The translations under genes and the position numbers were made by a program. Below the pieces are notes generated by a model. The model worked only from the letters and a program-made list of their open reading frames with translations. It was not told the DNA's origin and did no database searches. From a virus, in IMG/VR virus record IMGVR_UViG_3300026136_000008: DNA of 64,000 nt; one strand, given 5' to 3'. Shown here piece by piece: positions 1 to 7,459 of the stretch. The first letter of the stretch is position 1, and every line of letters begins with the position of its first letter.

Positions 1-2
1 TG

Positions 3-224
3 GAAATAGAATCTGGTAATGCAGCTAACGAACCGGTGAATTATGCGATTCGTACAGCTATTGAATATGCAGTCTTGCAAATGCTATATGAAGGAAGAGA
101 GTGTGGTTTATGGGAGTGGGCAGAACCAGTTATGGCAGAACGCGTAGACAAAGATGTCTTAAATTCTAATATACCACTTGATGATTGGGTAAAGCATCCA
201 ATTGAGGCAAAAGAAGGAGAGTAG
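3..224 (+). CDS. csgG: Curli secretion channel CsgG-family protein, C-terminal part (5'-truncated by the window)
   Basis: Frame is open from base 3: EIESGNAANEPVNYAIRTAIEYAVLQMLYEGRECGLWEW resembles the CsgG C-terminus (E.E.G...NEPV......AIE..V...I..G...GLW); curlin-like genes follow. Confidence 0.8.
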   Translation, partial: EIESGNAANEPVNYAIRTAIEYAVLQMLYEGRECGLWEWAEPVMAERVDKDVLNSNIPLDDWVKHPIEAKEGE

Positions 225-227
225 TAA

Positions 228-1337
228 ATGAAATTACTAACATTCTTTGTTATGACTTTGATGAGCATGCCATTAATGGCTGTAAATAAAATTTATGTAA
301 CGCAAGCTGGTGCCTCATTAGTTTTTGATGTACTACAAGATGGAGATGGTAATATGGTCGGTAATTCGACTACGGCATCAACGGTTAATGGATCAGCTTC
401 AAACTTTAATATCGACCAAGTGGGAGATAGTAATATAATCACCTTTGATATAAATGGTGATAACTTTGTTGGTACATGGAGTACCACAGGTAACAGTAAC
501 AATATTGATTTTAATTGTGACCCAGCAGATAATACAAGTGGTTGTGATGATGTCAATGCTGTTATCACATTTACTGGTAACTCACAAGACATTGATATAG
601 ATGTTGGTGGTACTACATCTGGTGATAATGCTGATATTGATATTGTTGGCCAATCAGGTACTGATAGTACTGTTGTTAATGCTACTATTGATGGTACAAG
701 TGCAATACTAAGATTAACAGTTAACGGCGACACAAATAACTATTTAATAGACATAGATGGTAATGGAGATGTTAATGGTCATACATTAATTATGACTCAA
801 ACTGGTATTACTGCTGATGTTGATGTTACTCAATCTGGTACAGATGATAACTCTATAACATTTACATCAACGGGCGATTCACAAAACATTGATATTACAC
901 AAACCTCTGGTGGTACAGTTACGGCAACAACAAGCGGAAGTACATCATCTGCGGTAAAGACAGTTAATATTAATCAGACTGCGGCCGCAACATTTAATAC
1001 AGATGGTACTATCCTTGGACAAACGTCATCTGGTCTTGCTGGTGCTGGTGGTACATACGATATTGACCAAACAGCTGCTGGTACAATTAACTTAGATGTA
1101 AATGGTGCAAGTGCGGATGTGAGTATAGAACAAACAAGTACAGGAACAGTAAATATTGATGCTGCTGGTGCAAGTTTTACTGCTGACATTGACCAAGATA
1201 ACGCAAGTACACTTTCATTACATCATGATGGTGCTAGTGGAGATTATGTTATATTGCAAACTGGTGGTAATGGAGATATATTAACCCTAACGGTTAACGG
1301 TGCTTCGGCAAACGTAGATATTATCCAAAGAGATTAA
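228..1337 (+). CDS. Secreted curlin-repeat (CsgA/CsgB-like beta-solenoid) protein
   Basis: N-terminal signal peptide; repeated I-D-I-x-Q-x-G-x-x-N units; G/S/T/N/D/Q-rich; directly downstream of csgG. Confidence 0.7.
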   Translation: MKLLTFFVMTLMSMPLMAVNKIYVTQAGASLVFDVLQDGDGNMVGNSTTASTVNGSASNFNIDQVGDSNIITFDINGDNFVGTWSTTGNSNNIDFNCDPADNTSGCDDVNAVITFTGNSQDIDIDVGGTTSGDNADIDIVGQSGTDSTVVNATIDGTSAILRLTVNGDTNNYLIDIDGNGDVNGHTLIMTQTGITADVDVTQSGTDDNSITFTSTGDSQNIDITQTSGGTVTATTSGSTSSAVKTVNINQTAAATFNTDGTILGQTSSGLAGAGGTYDIDQTAAGTINLDVNGASADVSIEQTSTGTVNIDAAGASFTADIDQDNASTLSLHHDGASGDYVILQTGGNGDILTLTVNGASANVDIIQRD

Positions 1338-1338
1338 T

Positions 1339-2439
1339 GTGCGATTATTTGTTATATTATGGTGTTTAACATTTTCATCATTCGCTAGTATAATTGGCGA
1401 TGTCATTAAGACAGAGGGCAGCGCTGCTATTCAAAGAACGGATGGTGAAGATGTTGAATCTGAATTAGATTTAGATATATTTCAGTATGATACTGTAAAG
1501 ACAGGTAAAGGTAAAGTCGCTATTGGCTTTATTGATGAAACGAGAGTAGATGTAACCCAACATTCAAAATTAATTATTGATGAATTTGTTTATGACCCAA
1601 ATACAAAGAAAGGTTCGTTATCACTAAAAGCAGCACTTGGTACAGTAAGATATGCTTCTGGCCAAATAGCAAAGACCAGTGCAACAAATGTTCAAATAAA
1701 AACGCCCACCGCAACGATAGGTGTTCGAGGTACAGATTTCTCGATGACGATAGACGAGCTAGGTAGCTCTACTATTATTCTTTTACCGTCATGTGATACA
1801 AATGGAAACTGCTTCGTAGGTGAAATAATAGTTGAATCTGATGCAGGTATGGTTATTATGAACCAAGCTTTTCAAGCTACGCTTGTAGATACAATTGATA
1901 GTAAACCTATAAATCCTGTTATTGTAGAGCTAGATGAAAGTTGGATCAGTAACTTACTTATTATATCAAAACCAAAGGAAATTGAAGAAGCAGTTCAAGA
2001 ATCAGAATTTAATAAAGTTGCAACTGCCCTTGATATAGACTTTCTAAAGTTTGAAGAATTAGAAATAGATTATTTAGAAGAGGTAGAAGATGATGCAGTA
2101 ACAATGCTTGATATTAATTTTTTAGATCAGAATTTTTTAGCAGATGTTTTAGAACAACTCAATCGTCAATTGGCATTACAAATGCAATCTGAATTTGATA
2201 AAAAGAAAGGAGTTGTGTACGATTTTAAATTAGGTAAAGACAAGGAAACAGGAATTACAATACTAGACGAAGATCCACAATGGTATTGGCATAGAGAAGC
2301 TGCAAGTGGTAGTGTGGTTGAATTAAGGCTTGAGAAAGAAAATAGTTATATGATGAATATACAACAAGGGGATTTCTATTTAATAGATTTTGAATTAGGA
2401 GGAACAGAAAGTGAAATCACTATTATTCAAAGTCAGTAG
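1339..2439 (+). CDS. Exported FecR-domain protein
   Basis: Signal peptide; FecR-type motifs DTVKTGKG and IKTPTATIGVRGTDF; acidic C-terminal half. Confidence 0.8.
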   Translation: MRLFVILWCLTFSSFASIIGDVIKTEGSAAIQRTDGEDVESELDLDIFQYDTVKTGKGKVAIGFIDETRVDVTQHSKLIIDEFVYDPNTKKGSLSLKAALGTVRYASGQIAKTSATNVQIKTPTATIGVRGTDFSMTIDELGSSTIILLPSCDTNGNCFVGEIIVESDAGMVIMNQAFQATLVDTIDSKPINPVIVELDESWISNLLIISKPKEIEEAVQESEFNKVATALDIDFLKFEELEIDYLEEVEDDAVTMLDINFLDQNFLADVLEQLNRQLALQMQSEFDKKKGVVYDFKLGKDKETGITILDEDPQWYWHREAASGSVVELRLEKENSYMMNIQQGDFYLIDFELGGTESEITIIQSQ

Positions 2440-3193
2440 TATATTACTATTATGCTTACCTGTATTTGCTAACAACGAGATATACATTTCGCAAGTTGGC
2501 ACAAGTAATAACTTTACATTAGATATAACCCAAGATGGTGATGATAATGTAGTAAATTTTTCTGTATCACACGATGATAATACAATTACAATTGACCAAG
2601 AGGGTGAAGATGGTTATGTAGGTTATACTACGGCATGGGGAACTCAATCTAATGGAGATTTAGATGGTTCTGACAATAATATTAATATTAAGCAATACTG
2701 TAATCAAACTGTTTGTGGTGGTGATAGATTTGAATTTCACATAATGGGTAATGATAATGATGTTGATTTTTATCAAGGGTATAGTGTAAATACTTCGAAT
2801 AATCCAGGAACTCCAGATTTATTTGAAGCAGGTGGTCACTTTGTAAGATTAGATATTCATGGTTCTAATAATAGATTTTTAGGAAGTCAAAGATCACATA
2901 ATACAGGACACGAACACTCAAATACTTCAAACATTTATGGTAATTATAATGACATTTATATGAGGCAAGATAGCAATCAAGATAAAACAATGACTTTAAC
3001 TGTCAATAATTCTAATAATGATATTGATATGATACAAACTGGAAGTGCTGAACATAGTGCTACTATTACATTGAGTGGTTCTTATGCTACAGATTTAGAT
3101 TTATTACAAAAAGGTGGTACAGCACAGTCATATACTTTAACACAAACGTGTACGACTGCGAGTGGATGTTCAGTTCAAGTTACACAACAATAG
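2411..3193 (+). CDS. Second secreted curlin-repeat protein
   Basis: Signal peptide; NEIYISQVG, LDITQDGDDN, ITIDQEGED, IDMIQTG repeats; C-terminal Cys pair. Confidence 0.7.
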   Translation: MKSLLFKVSSILLLCLPVFANNEIYISQVGTSNNFTLDITQDGDDNVVNFSVSHDDNTITIDQEGEDGYVGYTTAWGTQSNGDLDGSDNNINIKQYCNQTVCGGDRFEFHIMGNDNDVDFYQGYSVNTSNNPGTPDLFEAGGHFVRLDIHGSNNRFLGSQRSHNTGHEHSNTSNIYGNYNDIYMRQDSNQDKTMTLTVNNSNNDIDMIQTGSAEHSATITLSGSYATDLDLLQKGGTAQSYTLTQTCTTASGCSVQVTQQ

Positions 3194-3201
3194 TATAAAT
3201 A
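3194..3201 (+). promoter_or_regulatory. T4-type late promoter (TATAAATA), 5 nt before the cyclase ATG
   Basis: Exact consensus between genes; ATG at 3207. Confidence 0.7.
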
Positions 3202-3206
3202 GGTTT

Positions 3207-5048
3207 ATGAAGAAAATATTATCACATTGGTCTATAGCATTTGTTACTCTTATAGCATTAACCTATATCGGTTTACAAGATCCATGGGTCAAAGAGATAC
3301 TACGACTTAAATCATTTGACTATGTATTGCAAAATGAAGAGAAGACTCCTTCTCAAGCAATATCAATAGTTACCATAGACGAAGCAGCGATCGAAGAACA
3401 TGGTCAATGGCCATGGGATCGTGATACGCTTGCTAACCTCATACTTCAATTAAGGAATGCAGAGACAGGTATTATTGTTATGCCTATATTGTTTAGTGAG
3501 GAAGATAGGTTTGGTAGTGATGATACATTCTGTGAAACATTAACGTATGGTACAGTTATTGCCCAAACAGGTACAGCACAAGAAAGAACATCTAATCCAG
3601 TACCGAGAGGTGTGGCAAAGATAGGAGATCCGTTACCATATTTGTATGAGTGGAATGGCATGGTTGGTCCATTACCTAAACTTGCAGAATGTGCAGGTGG
3701 TGTTGGTGTCATTAATACTGCTCCTGAGATTGATGGTGTTGTAAGACGAGTTCCATTACTTATGAAGATAGGTGAAGAGGTATATCCGAATATGGCAATA
3801 GAAACTATTCGTGTTGCTGTAGGTGACCCATCATATCAAGTCAAAGCTGATGAGACTGGTATTGTGGCTATGAGAGTTCCTGCTTATGCTACAATTAATA
3901 CAGATACAAATGCTCGTGTATGGGTAAGATGGAATAAAGAATTCAAAACAATGAGTGCCGCATCTGAAGACTTCACGCCGCTTGCGGGTACCACAGTCAT
4001 TATTGCTATGACAGCAGAGGGATTAGGTGGAGTGATTGCAACGCCTGTGGGTGAACAATATGACTATGTTATATCTGCACAAACCCTTCAAACAATATTA
4101 GATGGCGAAACAATAAAGCGATACGATAGCCTTATAGAGATACTGGCTGGATTCGTATTAGGTATAATCATCATACTTATTACTAGATTTACACCATATT
4201 GGATAATTGGTGTATCTTTATTAGGTGTATTTGGTGGAGGTATATATTACTTCCAACATATGTTTAGTACACAATTAGTTCTTGTAGATATTACATGGGC
4301 ATTATTAACATTCTTTATTGTAGGATTCCATGCTACATTCAATAGATTCATATTAGAGTTTAGGCAGAAACAACAGATTAAGAAACAGTTCGAACACTAC
4401 TTAGATCCAAGACAAGTCAAAGAACTACAGAAAAATCCTGACTTATTGAAGTTAGGTGGTGAGAGAAAAGAAATGTCTTATTTGTTTATGGACATTATTG
4501 GATTTACACCTATATCAGAATACTATAAAAACAATGATGACCCAGAAGGATTAGTCGTTCTTGTTAATGAATTCTTAGATGAGATGACAAATATTATATT
4601 GGCTAATGGTGGTATGGTCGATAAGTTTATGGGTGATTGTATTATGGCAGTATTTGGTGCACCACTTGATATGCCTAATCATGCTGAGATGGCGGTGAAG
4701 TCTGCTATTGAAATAGAAGCAAAGACATTAGAACTAAAACAAAGATATAAAGATCGTGGCTTACCTGATATAAACGTAGGTACAGGTGTAAATACTGGAC
4801 CAGCAATTATCGGTAATATGGGTAGCTCTACACGATTTGATTTTAGTGTAATAGGTGATGCTGTTAATCTAGCAGCAAGACTAGAAGCAACAGCAGGAAG
4901 GGGAGATTATTCAAAATATCCAACTATATATTCCTCAATGACAATGGATCAGTTACCTGATACTTATAAATCTAAAAAGATTGGCGATATAAAAGTTAAG
5001 GGGAAAGAAGACGTAATAACTATTTATGCCGCTGTTCCCTCTTCATAA
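3207..5048 (+). CDS. CHASE2-domain membrane-bound class III adenylate cyclase
   Basis: CHASE2 motifs (IVTIDE, GQWPWDR, DGVVRRVPLL), three TM helices, cyclase motifs LFMDIIGFT, DKFMGDCIMAVF, FSVIGDAVNLAARLE (Lys and Ser at the adenine-specifying positions); start moved to ATG 3207. Confidence 0.92.
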   Translation: MKKILSHWSIAFVTLIALTYIGLQDPWVKEILRLKSFDYVLQNEEKTPSQAISIVTIDEAAIEEHGQWPWDRDTLANLILQLRNAETGIIVMPILFSEEDRFGSDDTFCETLTYGTVIAQTGTAQERTSNPVPRGVAKIGDPLPYLYEWNGMVGPLPKLAECAGGVGVINTAPEIDGVVRRVPLLMKIGEEVYPNMAIETIRVAVGDPSYQVKADETGIVAMRVPAYATINTDTNARVWVRWNKEFKTMSAASEDFTPLAGTTVIIAMTAEGLGGVIATPVGEQYDYVISAQTLQTILDGETIKRYDSLIEILAGFVLGIIIILITRFTPYWIIGVSLLGVFGGGIYYFQHMFSTQLVLVDITWALLTFFIVGFHATFNRFILEFRQKQQIKKQFEHYLDPRQVKELQKNPDLLKLGGERKEMSYLFMDIIGFTPISEYYKNNDDPEGLVVLVNEFLDEMTNIILANGGMVDKFMGDCIMAVFGAPLDMPNHAEMAVKSAIEIEAKTLELKQRYKDRGLPDINVGTGVNTGPAIIGNMGSSTRFDFSVIGDAVNLAARLEATAGRGDYSKYPTIYSSMTMDQLPDTYKSKKIGDIKVKGKEDVITIYAAVPSS

Positions 5049-5175
5049 GATTCTTTAAACTCTTTACGAGATTCTTCTTCTTATTGGATCTATCATGACC
5101 CATCTCATGTAACTTTTGTTTTGTATGTTTTAATTGTACTTTCTTACTTATATTACGACTAGTAGTCTGATTCAT
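5020..5175 (-). CDS. Small basic protein, 51 aa (absent from the ORF track)
   Basis: MNQTTSRNISKKVQLKHTKQKLHEMGHDRSNKKKNLVKSLKNLMKREQRHK*; TATAAATA lies 5 nt upstream; fills an otherwise empty gap. Confidence 0.6.
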   Translation of the reverse strand: MNQTTSRNISKKVQLKHTKQKLHEMGHDRSNKKKNLVKSLKNLMKREQRHK

Positions 5176-5180
5176 ATATT

Positions 5181-5188
5181 TATTTATA
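5181..5188 (-). promoter_or_regulatory. T4-type late promoter
   Basis: TATAAATA-N5-ATG(5175). Confidence 0.65.
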
Positions 5189-5191
5189 AAG

Positions 5192-5216
5192 AAAAAAAAA
5201 GGCTCCCGAAGGAGCC
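5192..5216 (-). terminator. Rho-independent terminator with UUCG loop
   Basis: GGCTCC-TTCG-GGAGCC followed by T9 on the minus strand, just after the nitroreductase-like stop. Confidence 0.9.
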
Positions 5217-5225
5217 TTAGAAATG

Positions 5226-5906
5226 TTACGCGTGAACTTCGTAAGTCCTCATATTTGGCTTAGAGCCGAACTTGAAAGACGCATCTGAATGATGTTCTTG
5301 TCTTGAGCGAGAAGTATCAGCGATACCAACACCCATTAACAATACAGTCTTCTTACCTTCAGGAACACCCAGTATTTCGTTAACTTTTTCTACATGGAAA
5401 CACTTGCAACATCCAGTTGAATAACCCATCATTGTTGATACAAGGTTTACATAACCTGCAGCAATACCTACTGCCTGGTCACGATCTTCCTTATATGAAA
5501 AATGTTCTTTTGAACCACCCATCTTTTCAGACTCACTAATATTACGAACTTCTTCGCCATATTGTTTTACATCGTCTTCAACAAATGCATATACTGTATG
5601 AGCAGATAGTTGTGAGTTAGTTGGTCCCGTACCTTCGTCATAACCTTGTAGACCATCAAATCCTAAGAATGAATTGTCTTCACTACCAAACTCAGGAATA
5701 GCAGTAGCAGCTTCGATTTGTTCAATCATAGCACGATCTGTTATCACGTGGGTTTTATAGTGGTTAAGGTTTTGCTTAGTAGGGCATTGAGTAGCCGCTT
5801 CAGTTATCAAGTCGATATCTTCTTGTGGCATTTCCTTGCTTAAATCCCAGTTGCGATTGCAATGCTGAGATTTATGTATAGATTTTTTAATCATTGATCT
5901 AAACAT
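5226..5906 (-). CDS. Nitroreductase-family flavoprotein
   Basis: SQHCNRNWDLSKEMPQEDIDLITEAATQCPTKQN and AVGIAAGYVNLVSTMMGYSTGCC fit the nitroreductase fold; AAGGAG SD. Confidence 0.7.
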   Translation of the reverse strand: MFRSMIKKSIHKSQHCNRNWDLSKEMPQEDIDLITEAATQCPTKQNLNHYKTHVITDRAMIEQIEAATAIPEFGSEDNSFLGFDGLQGYDEGTGPTNSQLSAHTVYAFVEDDVKQYGEEVRNISESEKMGGSKEHFSYKEDRDQAVGIAAGYVNLVSTMMGYSTGCCKCFHVEKVNEILGVPEGKKTVLLMGVGIADTSRSRQEHHSDASFKFGSKPNMRTYEVHA

Positions 5907-5925
5907 TTTTTTCTCCTTATGTTAT

Positions 5926-6008
5926 AAAAACGTAAGATTGCAATCATGAGATTATTCCGGATAGTCCTTCTCCGTTGTTACTGAACGATTTCGAATAATT
6001 GCTCTTAC
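5926..6008 (-). ncRNA. Candidate structured late RNA (small RNA or 5' leader/attenuator)
   Basis: Nested pairings GTAAGA/TCTTAC, GCA/TGC, ATTATTC/GAATAAT, GTTC/GGAC around AGTA...GAA; starts at the predicted +1 and is followed by GTTTTT. Confidence 0.4.
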
Positions 6009-6013
6009 AGGTG

Positions 6014-6021
6014 TATTTATA
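6014..6021 (-). promoter_or_regulatory. T4-type late promoter
   Basis: TATAAATA immediately after the upstream stop codon. Confidence 0.7.
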
Positions 6022-6468
6022 CTAATCTTTACTTCTACGTGCAGCTAATTCAGCCTTCATAGCATCATACTTATCTTTCCTACGCTGATCTACTGCTGCT
6101 TGTTCTGCCTTTCTTCTTGCTCTTCGTTGTGCAGCCCATGGACCGACAACATTAGTAAATATTAAAAATCCGATTACGCCGTATAAAACGGTTTCTGTTA
6201 AATTTGCAAACATAAATGCCCTCAGTTGTTCTTCATTTCCAGCTTCTATCTCACTTATTTGTGGTTTGTCATCAGGTAATACTGAATCGACTGCTACTGA
6301 TGTTGCTGCATTCACTGCCGCTGGAATAGGGCCTGCTACAACGTATGTGGCACCAGTAGTTGCCGCTGTTTTAATTAAATTCTTGGGATCTAATGCGTTG
6401 AATCCGCCTAACATACTACATCCACTTATAGAAAGGGCTAATGTGCCCGCTAATATTTTCTCAATCAT
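6022..6468 (-). CDS. Lipoprotein with a C-terminal TM helix (unimolecular-spanin-like topology)
   Basis: Lipobox ISG-C with Ser at +2; TM VLYGVIGFLIFTNVVGPW; basic tail. Confidence 0.55.
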   Translation of the reverse strand: MIEKILAGTLALSISGCSMLGGFNALDPKNLIKTAATTGATYVVAGPIPAAVNAATSVAVDSVLPDDKPQISEIEAGNEEQLRAFMFANLTETVLYGVIGFLIFTNVVGPWAAQRRARRKAEQAAVDQRRKDKYDAMKAELAARRSKD

Positions 6469-6472
6469 ACAC

Positions 6473-7459
6473 TTATTTATATGGTTTTAGCGGTGCAATG
6501 CCAACTATATGTATTCGCGGTTCAAGTGATGAATTAATTGCTGTATGTGGTTTAGTAGTATCAAAGTAATATGGATAACCATTATCAGGTACATGGAATA
6601 ATCTCCACTTATCATCTGTCATAAAAGCCCATTCATTTGTTTCTACTACTAAATGTATACGTGGAGTAGGATCAAAATGGAATGTATAACAACCTTTAGG
6701 TGGTAGAACCATTAATCTAGTTCTTGTTAAGCCTTCAGTTTGTATAAACCTTGCAATCTCTGAATCTTCAGGGACGTTAAGCTTATTAAAATCATTTTCA
6801 GAAGATCCATCTGGTAACTTATCTATTTGTAATAAACCAGTATAGAAGTCTTTACCATCACGTGATTGTAACATAATTTGATTATCATGTAAATCAGGTA
6901 AGTCTTTTATTTCTTCACGTATTCTTGTAAGATTATATTTACGGTTAATCTTTTTATGTTGCGCTGCATACATGCCAGAATACTTATATAGCTTATCTGA
7001 TCTTTTCATTTGTTCGCTTGACCTATCATCATCAGGTAGTATTGTCATTTCCTTTACACGATTTGGATTTAATAATACCCATTCAATAGTATCAAGAACA
7101 GATTGAAGTGTCATTTTATTGTCAGATATATCAGCAACTCTTTCAGTATCTAACCAACCAAAACGTAAAGCTGTGGTATTCATGCCTAAATAGAATAGTT
7201 GTTCGTTTGCTTTATCTAATGCAGCTTTCTCAACAGCGTATACATGCTTCCATTTTTTAAAGCCATCCCCGCTGTTTGAGCTTATGTTAATTGCAGTTTT
7301 ATTTAAGTCATAAGCTTTATATAACATTTCTACTTGACTAAATCCATCATGCTTACAATTAATAAACACATCACATTCTTCGAGAGACTCAACTGTATTT
7401 AATCTATCGTGAAGGTACTTACCTAACCCTCGTCTAATCCCCGTTATATAAAACTTCAT
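6473..7459 (-). CDS. Fusion of a minimal SDR-like domain and an Asp/Asn beta-hydroxylase-like Fe/2OG oxygenase
   Basis: ITGIRRGLG and YAVEK (SDR); RLMVLPPKGCYTFHFD, PHTAIN, RIHIV (HxD...H...R). Confidence 0.7.
   Translation of the reverse strand: MKFYITGIRRGLGKYLHDRLNTVESLEECDVFINCKHDGFSQVEMLYKAYDLNKTAINISSNSGDGFKKWKHVYAVEKAALDKANEQLFYLGMNTTALRFGWLDTERVADISDNKMTLQSVLDTIEWVLLNPNRVKEMTILPDDDRSSEQMKRSDKLYKYSGMYAAQHKKINRKYNLTRIREEIKDLPDLHDNQIMLQSRDGKDFYTGLLQIDKLPDGSSENDFNKLNVPEDSEIARFIQTEGLTRTRLMVLPPKGCYTFHFDPTPRIHLVVETNEWAFMTDDKWRLFHVPDNGYPYYFDTTKPHTAINSSLEPRIHIVGIAPLKPYK
6474..6481 (-). promoter_or_regulatory. T4-type late promoter
   Basis: TATAAATA-N5-ATG(6468), overlapping the upstream stop codon. 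Confidence 0.65.

Noticed and set aside
3-3193. Phage-borne curli genes as a novelty in themselves
   Set aside because: Curli-type genes are already known from marine T4-like phages; only the link to FecR and the cyclase is flagged
5932-6008. Glutamine (glnA) riboswitch or SRP RNA
   Set aside because: It has CGTTCA and an AGTA/GAA motif but lacks the GGAAGTA junction and closing GAACG of glnA and the SRP domain IV motif; kept only as an unassigned structured RNA
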